From IMG/VR virus record IMGVR_UViG_3300018049_000008: a DNA stretch of 64,000 bases. One strand, written 5' to 3'. Below the pieces are notes generated by a model, which was given only the letters and a program-made list of their open reading frames with translations, was not told the DNA's origin and searched no databases. Each line of letters begins with the position of its first letter. The first letter of the stretch is position 1. Source of the stretch: an uncultured virus (IMG/VR IMGVR_UViG_3300018049_000008). Lineage: Duplodnaviria; Heunggongvirae; Uroviricota; Caudoviricetes. Of the stretch, positions 9,415 through 19,039 are shown piece by piece. A program made the translations under genes and the position numbers.

Positions 9415-11113
9415 CGTTTAGATATCGTGTCATACTTTCAATCAAGTTTACCTGAAGTTCGTTATACTCCTCTTTCTTTTCTGGTTTTTCTTCTTGTTCT
9501 TTTGAATCATCAGGAACTAACTTATATGTAGGAGCCGGCGGTGCTGGTTCTTCTTCTGGCTCATCTTCCATCTCTTCTTCAGGTTCATTATATCGTAGAT
9601 CTGTTGTTTCAGCTTTAATTTGCTCATCAAGATCTTTTATTTCTTCTTCTGATTGTTGCAATACATATCGACGAATATATTCATGAGAATAATATTTACC
9701 AACATATTCTTCCATCTCTCGCAATAGACCAATGCGATCGCGATTCATTTCTAGTGATTTTAATTCTTCGAAATAGTTATCGACAGCAAAGTCAAAATTA
9801 ATTTCATCTTTCCATTCTTCCCACTCTTCTGGCAAACAAATCTGCTTTAGGATAAGTTGTCTCTCGAGAAGTTTCAGAAATAATTCTGAGAACTTTTGTC
9901 GAAGACGTAGGATAAACTTACTGAACTTAACTTCGTCTCTGGTAATCTCTGTGGCTCTTCCAAGACTATATGTAGATTCTGGCTGTAATCGAGAAATAGG
10001 TACATTGAGCGCACGATATAAATTAGTTTGAAAATATTGTACGTCTTCAATATCTCCTAGATTAGCACCGCCTGGCAATGTAGTAATCTCTGTACCTTTA
10101 CCACCTTCTCTTCGTGGTAACCAGAAATCTTCTAGCATTGTCATGAATTTACGATCGTCTTTAATTTCGCCAGTTGCAGAATCATAAACTACTTTATTTT
10201 TGAACTTAGTCATGATATCAGACAAGTATTGTTCTGCTTTAGCTTTTGGCAGACCGCCTACATCAACATAGAAAATTCGACGTTCAGGCGCACGAGAAAT
10301 ACGATATACTACTAACGAATCTTCCATAGATCGCAGTTGATTAAGAGGTCGTATAGCTTTTTGTAACCAAGAGAGAATAAGTTTGTTATCTAAGCTTTGA
10401 TATCCACTGGTGTTATATACGATAGAATCTTTAGAAATTTTAATTCCTTCAGCATTTGCTGCAGGACTACTAGATCCGTACGAACTCATTGATGAACCGG
10501 TTATAGATCCAGTTCTCTTTAAAAATCCTGATGGACTGTACATATAGTATTCGTTAACAATTTTTTCAATTGTAACACCAGTCTTTGGATCTTTTTCTTT
10601 TTTAACTTCTCTTACTTTTTTGATATTGCGGGGATCAATATATCTTACTTCTAGAATACCTCGAGCCGGTTTCTTTTCATCTACAAGTATATGATAGTAT
10701 AAGCGACCATCAATATACCAACGACGAAACAATTCATAACTCAAACGATTAAATTCTAGAAGTTTTAATACTTCATCAAATTCTTCTTGAATTGATTTTT
10801 TAATTGATTCTTGTGTATCTAAATTGTCAAGGACAATACTAACTGTTTCTTCGTCTGAATCTTCGACAATAGCTTCATTACAGATTTCTTGAATTGCCAT
10901 GTCGAGAATAGGGTCAAACGAAATGGCACGATATTTGTTTACTAATTCTGCTTCGGTTCTGACTGAACCATCGAGATCGACATAAGTGCCATATACGCCG
11001 CCGGCGGCAACGGTTAATGCACCATCTTCGTTTGACGGAGGTACGAAGGAGACAAGCTTTTCTTTTTGCTTCTCTTCTTTCTTGCGGTTTATCTCAAATC
11101 CAAACAGTTCCAT
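9407..11113 (-). CDS. gp20: Portal protein (T4 gp20 family)
   Basis: LFGFEI, FRRWYIDGRLYYH, YIDPRNIKKVRE, EDSLVVYRISRAPERRIFYVDVG, MLEDFWLPRREGGKGTEITTLPG motifs. Confidence 0.98.
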   Translation of the reverse strand: MELFGFEINRKKEEKQKEKLVSFVPPSNEDGALTVAAGGVYGTYVDLDGSVRTEAELVNKYRAISFDPILDMAIQEICNEAIVEDSDEETVSIVLDNLDTQESIKKSIQEEFDEVLKLLEFNRLSYELFRRWYIDGRLYYHILVDEKKPARGILEVRYIDPRNIKKVREVKKEKDPKTGVTIEKIVNEYYMYSPSGFLKRTGSITGSSMSSYGSSSPAANAEGIKISKDSIVYNTSGYQSLDNKLILSWLQKAIRPLNQLRSMEDSLVVYRISRAPERRIFYVDVGGLPKAKAEQYLSDIMTKFKNKVVYDSATGEIKDDRKFMTMLEDFWLPRREGGKGTEITTLPGGANLGDIEDVQYFQTNLYRALNVPISRLQPESTYSLGRATEITRDEVKFSKFILRLRQKFSELFLKLLERQLILKQICLPEEWEEWKDEINFDFAVDNYFEELKSLEMNRDRIGLLREMEEYVGKYYSHEYIRRYVLQQSEEEIKDLDEQIKAETTDLRYNEPEEEMEDEPEEEPAPPAPTYKLVPDDSKEQEEKPEKKEEYNELQVNLIESMTRYLNDE

Positions 11114-11135
11114 TCATAACGCTCCGATAAAAATA

Positions 11136-11167
11136 AGGGGGACTATAAGATTATTTATAATCCCCCT
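11136..11167 (-). terminator. Intrinsic terminator after gp19 with an embedded late promoter (TATAAATA 11152-11159)
   Basis: Minus strand AGGGGGATTATAA-ATAATC-TTATAGTCCCCCT followed by TATTTTT. Confidence 0.75.
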
Positions 11168-11193
11168 CAACCCACTTTTAGAACTGGATGAAA

Positions 11194-11700
11194 TTAGCTG
11201 CCAGCAGCCATCTCATCAAAGGCCCAAGTTACAGTATAAGTACCAATCGTATCAGTTGTATTCCAATCCAATTCTATAGTACCTACATCTGTAGGCCAAC
11301 AATCTACTAGTTTGTATGTGCGCTTGACATCACCTGTCTTTCCATACAATTTGATTTCAAGATCTGATTTATAATCTTCAGGACCACCAAATGTTCGAAC
11401 ACCTGATGTAGGATCGTTGATTTGATCTGCCCATTGCTCGAGTGAATTTCGGACTGCAAAATCTTCTTCGAGCATGAGAGTTGTTGTCCATTCAGCATAC
11501 GTTCTGTCACCAGCAATCTTAACTTTACGGCCAAAGTAAGGAACTTCGATTACACCGTGGGTGGCAGCAGGTACCTGTGAAGACATACAAAGAAATCTAA
11601 ACTGTTCAGGAAACGATGTAGCAACAACTTCAAAGAGGGCGGGACGATAACCGCCCGCCTCTATTGCGCCTGATTTAAAGTCTTGTAAGCTAAAAGCCAT
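11194..11700 (-). CDS. gp19: Tail tube protein (T4 gp19 family)
   Basis: RPALFEV, IEVPYFGRKVKIAGDRTYAEWT, WPTDVGTIELDW motifs; lies between the sheath and portal genes. Confidence 0.97.
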   Translation of the reverse strand: MAFSLQDFKSGAIEAGGYRPALFEVVATSFPEQFRFLCMSSQVPAATHGVIEVPYFGRKVKIAGDRTYAEWTTTLMLEEDFAVRNSLEQWADQINDPTSGVRTFGGPEDYKSDLEIKLYGKTGDVKRTYKLVDCWPTDVGTIELDWNTTDTIGTYTVTWAFDEMAAGS

Positions 11701-11736
11701 TTGTTATTCTCCTTTAATTTAGCTTTGTTCTATTTA

Positions 11737-14259
11737 TTAGAAATTTCCAATAACTTCGGAGAATTCTACACCTGTTCGCACTGCGACAAAGTTCAACTGG
11801 ATAAAGTTGATGCTTCGAGCAGGTTTGATGTAGATGTCACCAACGAACTCGTTGCGATCGATGACTTCACCTGTGTTGTTTGTCTCGTCACATACGACTA
11901 CAAAGTCTGTTACACCTCGGCGGCCTTTAACATCTCGTAAGAAAGGTGTTACAAGATTAACAAAGCTAGCGCGTGTGAATTCGTCATTGAACTCAAACAA
12001 TGTAAACTTAGCAGCTGTAGCAATTGCTTTCTCAAGAACAATGAAGAGTCGTCGTACGTTGATACGATCGAACGCTGAAGGCTTAGCCAACAGAGTCTTA
12101 TCACCGAACATTACGATACCTTGACCTGGGAAGTTAACAATTGGATTAATACCGTTCTTGTAAAGAATATCGCGCTCAGCTTGCTTCGGATTCCAAGCGA
12201 GCTTAACAATATTCTTAATTTGGCCACGATTGAAACCTGCAGGTGACCACCATGCATCACGCAATTCATCTGTATATGCTGCTAGACCGGCGATGTCACC
12301 ATTAATAGGTACCCATCGATATACGTCGTTATACTTGTCATACATGTACTTATAACCTGAGTCGAGTACAGCGTATGAAGATGATCGGCAGCTGTTTCTA
12401 AATTGAACAACATCTTCTGTGATATCGGATGAATTACCAACAACATCATCCTTGTCAGGTGAGATGAATACAACACAATCCTTACGTCGTTCGCCAATGT
12501 TGTCAATCAAGTAATTACCAAGCTGTGCACCGTTTGATGCACCTCGAGACTTACCAGTCAACACCAATGAGATGTCAATGTCTTCAGCTGATCGATATAC
12601 GTCATAAGCTCGTAATACATCACCTAGAGCACATGTAGTTTCAGTACCGACGTCTCGGCCACCAATAAATGAGTAAGTAGCAGGTCCAGTATTAGTTGAT
12701 GATTGAACAAGTAACGCTGATGCTGATGTTGCATTTGTATCATCATTTGCCCACCAAACATAACCTGAAGATTGATTAATCACATCTTTGTAGTATATAT
12801 TATTACCTTGTTCACCTTTAGCGTCAGTTGCGCGAGAAAGACCACTATACACTTCAAGTACTGTGTTAGGAATTCCAGAAATCTTACCATCTTCGTCAAT
12901 TACAACAACATGAACTTCGTCATTTGCTGCTGTATTACCTTGAGATGCAACATAAGCTGATTGAGTAGGTGCACCTTCAACTAAATCCCAATACTGCCAA
13001 TATCGTTCAATGGTTGCAGCTGCAGAAACCGAAGAGGCGACGCTAATATTTTCTGTAGTAGTAAGAGCTTGAGCAAATTCGATTTCAGCTTCTCCAGCAG
13101 AAACAGCTCCAATTGATGTAATTTCAAGATACTGAACACCAATTGTTGTATTACCAACTTTAATTTGATCTCCTACGGAAAGATTAGACGTAACATTTGT
13201 TACATCGCCATCAACCGCTGAAGTAATCGTACCAGTATTTGCTCCAACATTAATAGCAAGCGTAGTTACTTGTCCAGCCGCGATTTCTACATCAGAGCTA
13301 AATGCCGTGTTCGAATCGCAGACAGAAATTTTTAGTGAATTGCCTATGAGACCGGGATATTTTGCAACCCAGCGTGCTGCGTCATCAAAACCTGCCAGTG
13401 CATCTGTATATGAATCATCGTTTTTAACAATGTGTGAAGCAGCAACAGATGATGTAGCACCATCAAATGCTACGGAGTTGAATGAATAGCTAGCGTCATG
13501 AAATTCTAATGTAGCTGCACCGGTGGCGCCTGACCATGTTTGACCAGTCATAGTTACTCGAGTATCACCGGATCGAGTAAGAACCAATGATCCAGAACCT
13601 GTACCATCGCCAGTCGATACCAAAGGAATAGCTGATCCACCCTGAGTTAGTGACAGACCAAATTGGTTTCCTACCGAGTTAACAATAAAGTAAGTAGTTA
13701 AGTTATCAAAACCTTGTGGCAATGTACCATCAGTGCTTAGCGTTACTGCTTCGCCATTCAATACATTAGATAATGTACCAGTAAAAAGACCTGTAGGTAC
13801 GTCACCGTCGTGAATAGCTGTAACATCATTAAATGTATCAAATGCGTCTGTAGTATCAACAGTAATTGCTGCCTCTGAAACTGATCCGTCAATAGCAGCT
13901 ACTACTAGGCCGGTTTCCAGTTCACTAACAGTACCATCGATTACAAAATAGTCTGTACCACTTTGAGCGTACGCTGACGTTAGAATATCACTTCCAAATG
14001 AGTGATGAGCTCGTGAAACATAAAGACGATTAGAATAAGATAGGAAGCTAGCAGCGGTCATCCATGTTTCATAATTATCGCTATTAGGCTTACCATAAAC
14101 TTGTGCTAATTCATCTTCGCTTACAACGAGCGAAGGCTTATCTACCGGTCCCCACTGAAAAACACCACCAATGGCGGCGTCAGTTGTGGCTACGGCAGGG
14201 ATTACAGTCGTCAAATCGATCTCTGTAACATTAACGCCTGGGCTTAATTGAAAAGGCAT
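11737..14259 (-). CDS. gp18: Tail sheath protein (T4 gp18 family), enlarged to 840 aa
   Basis: LSPGVNVTEIDLT, FQWGP, AKYPG, WWSPAGFNRG, GDKTLL..PSAFDRINVRRLF, YIKPARSINFIQLNFVAVRTGVEF. Confidence 0.98.
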   Translation of the reverse strand: MPFQLSPGVNVTEIDLTTVIPAVATTDAAIGGVFQWGPVDKPSLVVSEDELAQVYGKPNSDNYETWMTAASFLSYSNRLYVSRAHHSFGSDILTSAYAQSGTDYFVIDGTVSELETGLVVAAIDGSVSEAAITVDTTDAFDTFNDVTAIHDGDVPTGLFTGTLSNVLNGEAVTLSTDGTLPQGFDNLTTYFIVNSVGNQFGLSLTQGGSAIPLVSTGDGTGSGSLVLTRSGDTRVTMTGQTWSGATGAATLEFHDASYSFNSVAFDGATSSVAASHIVKNDDSYTDALAGFDDAARWVAKYPGLIGNSLKISVCDSNTAFSSDVEIAAGQVTTLAINVGANTGTITSAVDGDVTNVTSNLSVGDQIKVGNTTIGVQYLEITSIGAVSAGEAEIEFAQALTTTENISVASSVSAAATIERYWQYWDLVEGAPTQSAYVASQGNTAANDEVHVVVIDEDGKISGIPNTVLEVYSGLSRATDAKGEQGNNIYYKDVINQSSGYVWWANDDTNATSASALLVQSSTNTGPATYSFIGGRDVGTETTCALGDVLRAYDVYRSAEDIDISLVLTGKSRGASNGAQLGNYLIDNIGERRKDCVVFISPDKDDVVGNSSDITEDVVQFRNSCRSSSYAVLDSGYKYMYDKYNDVYRWVPINGDIAGLAAYTDELRDAWWSPAGFNRGQIKNIVKLAWNPKQAERDILYKNGINPIVNFPGQGIVMFGDKTLLAKPSAFDRINVRRLFIVLEKAIATAAKFTLFEFNDEFTRASFVNLVTPFLRDVKGRRGVTDFVVVCDETNNTGEVIDRNEFVGDIYIKPARSINFIQLNFVAVRTGVEFSEVIGNF

Positions 14260-14304
14260 GTTGTGTTTCTCCCTGTAAATTGATTATAATGTATTTCGTA
14301 GTTT

Positions 14305-14312
14305 TATTTATA
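14305..14312 (-). promoter_or_regulatory. T4-type late promoter TATAAATA upstream of gp18
   Basis: Exact consensus in the gp17-gp18 intergenic region. Confidence 0.85.
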
Positions 14313-14329
14313 ACAAAGCACATTTCAAA

Positions 14330-15985
14330 CTACATTAGCCAACTATAGTCATCTCCACCTCTGGCAGTCTTTACTTGAGATTCTTGCTCGTGTACGTCTT
14401 GCCCGTCGTCAATGATACCGAATGGAACCAGCTCACTAAAGACTTTTTCTTCATTCATTTCTTTGAGATTGATAACCGTATTTATATCAGTCAATTCTTT
14501 AAAGAATTTCTGGTTTGACAACCAACCAAAGAGAACTAAACACATCACTAAATCGTCGTGATTGCCCGGTTCTGCTTCCCATGATGTACCTTTTTGACTA
14601 AATGTCGAAAATTCACGTATTGTTTCGAAATCATTAATTATAATTTGATTTTGTTCTACTAATAATTTTATCATTGAACAACCAACAGATTTTACAGATT
14701 TAGTAGTACGTATACCTTTATCTGCTCTTCCGCTGAATCCTGCTACACCTGATAATAGACGTTTTCCTTCACGTCCATTATTTTCAGTGAGTAACATATT
14801 TTCGTATTCATATTCTTCGAAAAGAATAGAAGCTACCTGTTCTCCAATATCATTGACTTCAACCAATATATTGGCTTCATTGTAATACTTTGCCGCGCTA
14901 TGCACAGCTGCAGCATAATCTATAGGTGTGATCATATTATTACGATATGTTCCAACCTGTCTGTACGGCATCTCTGATATATCAACGACCTGAAAGGCAG
15001 AATAGTCTAATCCTTTACCTCTACTGACGTCAACAACTATCACATAGTTGCCTTCTTGCATCGGTTCTTCATATATGTTTATACCACCGACTTCTTTAAT
15101 AGCTTCTCTATATACAAGTTGCTTTAATTTCCATCCCGATATGAGTGTACCCGATGAACCTAGGAATTCACATTCCATTTCCTGCGCGAACTTTTCTGTA
15201 TCAAAGTCCATCGCAGCGAGTGTTTCTTCTCTCCATTTTTCATCACGGCCCGGGACGTCATGCCACATAACCTGCACGAACTCGTAACCATTTTTGCCTG
15301 CTTTGGCACCTTCACATGTTTTATAGAAGTGATTTAATCCATTTGGTGTGGATGTAAGAAGGATTTTAGTACTAGTTCCGGATGAGATTGTTGGAAATAC
15401 TGAGGCAAAGAATTCGTCCCAATTCTCCACGAAAGCTGTCTCATCAATGTATAGGAAGGATACGGATTTGCCTCGAATAGCAGAAGAAGAAGTAGCAGCC
15501 GCAATGATTTTGGATCCGTTTTCAAATTCTACTGATCCTTTGTTCCATTCGATGACTCCTTGTTGAAGCCATTTCGGTAACGCTTCATACGCAGTTTTAA
15601 TTCTGTCCAATATTTCCCTAGCTGCATCTCCTTTGTTAGCGAGGAGAGCCACGAGCTTATGGTCGTTAAACAATATGTAATGAAGTATAAGACATACAGC
15701 AGTAGTAGTTTTACCTGCCTGCCGTGACGTAACAACACAGACTCTTCTATTATTGGTGGTTTTTTTAATGATTTCTTTTTGATAGTCATAGCAATTTATC
15801 GGAATCAATCCATGATCAACATGTACAATTTGTATATATTTTTCTGAGAAGTATATTGGATCTTTAGCACACTTCACAAACTCTTGGACCATATCTTCGG
15901 TCCATTCAATTGTAACACCCTTGCGCTTAAGATTTACATTACCGAGATAAGATCGATAATCTATAATATCTTGAATTTCACTCAT
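14330..15985 (-). CDS. gp17: Terminase large subunit (T4 gp17 family)
   Basis: YLGNVNLKR, Walker A SRQAGKTT, Walker B LYIDE, STPNG, nuclease VDVSRG.G.DYSAF and HDDLVM. Confidence 0.98.
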   Translation of the reverse strand: MSEIQDIIDYRSYLGNVNLKRKGVTIEWTEDMVQEFVKCAKDPIYFSEKYIQIVHVDHGLIPINCYDYQKEIIKKTTNNRRVCVVTSRQAGKTTTAVCLILHYILFNDHKLVALLANKGDAAREILDRIKTAYEALPKWLQQGVIEWNKGSVEFENGSKIIAAATSSSAIRGKSVSFLYIDETAFVENWDEFFASVFPTISSGTSTKILLTSTPNGLNHFYKTCEGAKAGKNGYEFVQVMWHDVPGRDEKWREETLAAMDFDTEKFAQEMECEFLGSSGTLISGWKLKQLVYREAIKEVGGINIYEEPMQEGNYVIVVDVSRGKGLDYSAFQVVDISEMPYRQVGTYRNNMITPIDYAAAVHSAAKYYNEANILVEVNDIGEQVASILFEEYEYENMLLTENNGREGKRLLSGVAGFSGRADKGIRTTKSVKSVGCSMIKLLVEQNQIIINDFETIREFSTFSQKGTSWEAEPGNHDDLVMCLVLFGWLSNQKFFKELTDINTVINLKEMNEEKVFSELVPFGIIDDGQDVHEQESQVKTARGGDDYSWLM

Positions 15986-16400
15986 TTTCTTTATTTAATA
16001 ACTTCAGCAAATCACTCGTACTACCTACATACAAGTTATTATTAACAGTATCTGGTTTTTCTGGTTTCTCGCCTGTAAGTTTTTGTTTCTTTTCATGCAT
16101 GGCTAGCAGATCATTATTCATATCACCCATTGTTTTGATCATATTAGCTAAGACTTCATATGCTCTGGGGTGTTGAGACTGATCTGCTACTGCAAGCAAT
16201 TCGTCGATTGCACCATGACCTTTTTCGATAAGATCATAAAAATTCTGACGAACATATTTTGTATCGTTCTCGATTTCTTTATCTGTTTCGAGACTTGGAC
16301 GATAAGTTGTAGGTAGTTTTTCTTCTTGTTCGATGAGTTGTCCACTATTCATATTCAAAACATCATTCAATATATCATGCTTCATATCTTTATCCTTCAT
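15978..16400 (-). CDS. gp16: Terminase small subunit (T4 gp16 family)
   Basis: HPRAYEVLA and NNNLYVGSTSDLLKLL motifs; immediately upstream of gp17. Confidence 0.93.
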   Translation of the reverse strand: MKDKDMKHDILNDVLNMNSGQLIEQEEKLPTTYRPSLETDKEIENDTKYVRQNFYDLIEKGHGAIDELLAVADQSQHPRAYEVLANMIKTMGDMNNDLLAMHEKKQKLTGEKPEKPDTVNNNLYVGSTSDLLKLLNKENE

Positions 16401-17487
16401 CAGGGAATGGACCTATATTCACTTCTGCAACACCATAAGTAGATTCAGAATCAATAGCTGCCGTATTTGCTATCGATACTAAGTCAGGTGCAGATATTGT
16501 TACGGTAGGTGTTTCAGTGTATCCAGAGCCACCATCAGTAATTACTATTCTATCTATATTATATCCATTACCCATTACGGCCGTTGCAGTAGCATTACCA
16601 TCAATAGTAATAGTTGCTGGTGTGTCACTATATCCATAACCAATATTAGTAAGTACAATTTCTGTTACACTCCCACTACTAATCACGGCAACAGCTGTAG
16701 CAGTTTCGGCATTAATATCTGAGAAAACAGTAGGAGAATTATTAGCTAATATGGCAGGTTCAGCGAGTAAACGTGAAGCTACTTCAACATTGTTAATTGA
16801 TTGATCTATATCATCATACAATGATGAATCAAATATTTGTGTATTAGATAATTTAATTACATCACTTTTATATTCTGGACCATAGAAATAACCTTTCATT
16901 GTAAAATCGAGTGTCCATATCAAGGCGCGGCGATCTTCAAAAGAACCTTCATATACATCATCTTGACTTGTTCCAGTTAAAACAAGTGGTATATCCAATT
17001 TAACTTCAGGAGTTTCAGTTAGTAATACTGTTGATGTCCATTCAGGTGTAAAGTATGGAAGTATTTGTTCAATAATTCTAGTACCATCTGTCGTGTTCTT
17101 TACAAAAATGGACAAACTAAATTGAATATCATAGGGAACTGGATTATAGATTGAGACACGACGGTCGCCATCACCATCAATATCTTCAATCTTAAATTTA
17201 TTTCGGGTAGGCAATTTTCGTTCAGGTGCATAATTAAAACCTGTAATTTCGAAACCCATGCGAGGCAATACAACTGAAAATGGCTGTTGTAATGGATCAC
17301 GATTCGATTCTATTCCTTCTATCCTCGCGAGAAACTTTTCTCGAGGTCCATATGCAAGAGGAACTTTAATGACCTGTTTTACGTTGCCATTCTCGTCTTC
17401 GCGATTAATATAAACATCATTGAATAATGTACCAAATAAGATAACATATCTACGCAGAGTATCGTGATAAAAAGTACGTCCAAACAT
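16390..17487 (-). CDS. gp15: Tail sheath stabiliser / terminator (T4 gp15 family) with a C-terminal G(S/Y)GY repeat extension
   Basis: FYH..LRRYVILFGTLFN, VPLAYGP.EKFLAR, LPRMGFE, IIEQILPYF.P, RR..IWTLDFT.K.Y.YGP. Confidence 0.95.
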   Translation of the reverse strand: MFGRTFYHDTLRRYVILFGTLFNDVYINREDENGNVKQVIKVPLAYGPREKFLARIEGIESNRDPLQQPFSVVLPRMGFEITGFNYAPERKLPTRNKFKIEDIDGDGDRRVSIYNPVPYDIQFSLSIFVKNTTDGTRIIEQILPYFTPEWTSTVLLTETPEVKLDIPLVLTGTSQDDVYEGSFEDRRALIWTLDFTMKGYFYGPEYKSDVIKLSNTQIFDSSLYDDIDQSINNVEVASRLLAEPAILANNSPTVFSDINAETATAVAVISSGSVTEIVLTNIGYGYSDTPATITIDGNATATAVMGNGYNIDRIVITDGGSGYTETPTVTISAPDLVSIANTAAIDSESTYGVAEVNIGPFPDEG

Positions 17488-18218
17488 TAGTATCTACCGC
17501 CTTCACTGAATGGATCTCGTTCCGTAAAATCAATGAATGAATTAGCACTTACTTGGAATGAACTATTGTCTGCATACGGATCATCAGGATTCCAGTTGCT
17601 ATCTAATCCTACTGGTCGACCTGTATCAGGATCAATAATAATATTATTGTTAGCATCGTATGTAAGACCATCCAGTTCGTCTGCAGATAATGAATGAATG
17701 ATTTCGAGATTATCTACATATGGTAAACCTGTATTCAAATCTTCATTGCTGTATTCGAACAATTCACACCTGATATCAAACATTTGTAGTGCACCATTTT
17801 GATAGAATACCGGCTCATGTTCAACAAACTTGATTTGATATACTTTATTAGTTAATGGCATAAAAATAAGATCACCTTCAAATGGCCGATCATTATCTTC
17901 GAAGTCTCCAACGGTTTCTTGATATACTTTTCTAGCAACAGTAAATGTAATCTCGTCTCGAATCTGAATATTGAATTTAGATAAGAAATCACCTTCACCT
18001 TCGAATCCTTCAACATTTTTGATATACATTTCGATTTGATATGAATCATTGTATGTTGATAACGGATCTTCGTTTAGGATATCATCTTTGGCTACTATTG
18101 TACGTGGACAATACCATAGATCATGGCCATAAATTTTAATAGACTCGATAACAAGGTCTTCAATTAGACTTTGTTCAGATGTACTATTAAAATTATTGAA
18201 GTATAAATTGGTTGCCAC
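17487..18218 (-). CDS. gp14: Neck protein (T4 gp14 family); likely start GTG at 18218 (MATNLYF)
   Basis: EQ.LIEDLVIESIKIYG, GFEGEGDFLSKF, RPFEGDLI, CELFEYS.E, IDFTERDPF; AGGA RBS spaced for the GTG at 18218. Confidence 0.95.
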   Translation of the reverse strand: MATNLYFNNFNSTSEQSLIEDLVIESIKIYGHDLWYCPRTIVAKDDILNEDPLSTYNDSYQIEMYIKNVEGFEGEGDFLSKFNIQIRDEITFTVARKVYQETVGDFEDNDRPFEGDLIFMPLTNKVYQIKFVEHEPVFYQNGALQMFDIRCELFEYSNEDLNTGLPYVDNLEIIHSLSADELDGLTYDANNNIIIDPDTGRPVGLDSNWNPDDPYADNSSFQVSANSFIDFTERDPFSEGGRY

Positions 18219-18261
18219 TGTGTACAAATCCTATTTTTTGAGTATAATAGAGCTATGCTCT

Positions 18262-19005
18262 TTATCCAATCATATCCATTACAGGCAAGCTGTAATTGTT
18301 AATCATCTCTTCTTCTAGTTTAGAGATCTCAGTCTGAGCATCATCATATATTTGTCTACCATTAAAAGTTACACCACCTGGAAGTTGTAGTCCTTCGAAC
18401 TTAGTAAGATTTGTACCCCATTGTCTTTTAATAAGTTGTGATGTATAATACTGTAACCATCGGTCTGACCATACATCCGTGTATGTAGCAGGATCAACAA
18501 TTTCATATGCTTCCAATATAAGATATTCATTTACTCTTAAATCTTGTTTTGTTTCGTCTATATGTAAACGATTACGATGACGATTATATCTTATTTGTGG
18601 TTTACCAACAAGTATTTCTTGAACCATCGCGAGATGTTCCATTGTCATATAATAATCTATAAGAGCAATGTTAGTAAGAGTGTATAGATCGTTTAATGCG
18701 ATTTGATATCGAATATTAAATATATCTCCTGATGAAGTACCAAGTGCACCCATCGGAAACAACCGTACGGCGCCGATAATATTCTCGGGCAGATCTACAT
18801 ATCCATCATCTTTAATTTGTTGAGTAACTAAAATTTTATAGTAGATTTTTTCTGTGCCGTCGAAATGATAATCCCAGAAAAAACGTAGAGCTTGATCGAT
18901 TCTATCTTCGACCTGCTCGTCTGCTACATTAATTTCGATGACGGGCTTGCCTAGTGATCTTAGACAATACTCTTTAAACTCGTCTCGTGTGGATGGAACT
19001 GCCAT
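18262..19005 (-). CDS. gp13: Neck protein (T4 gp13 family)
   Basis: YCLRSLGKPVIEINV..EQVEDRID.AL, YHFDG, KRQWG.NL.KF.G.QLPGGVT.NG. Confidence 0.97.
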   Translation of the reverse strand: MAVPSTRDEFKEYCLRSLGKPVIEINVADEQVEDRIDQALRFFWDYHFDGTEKIYYKILVTQQIKDDGYVDLPENIIGAVRLFPMGALGTSSGDIFNIRYQIALNDLYTLTNIALIDYYMTMEHLAMVQEILVGKPQIRYNRHRNRLHIDETKQDLRVNEYLILEAYEIVDPATYTDVWSDRWLQYYTSQLIKRQWGTNLTKFEGLQLPGGVTFNGRQIYDDAQTEISKLEEEMINNYSLPVMDMIG

Positions 19006-19039
19006 CGAATGTGCTCCGTTTTAGCTTTAATAAATTTAT

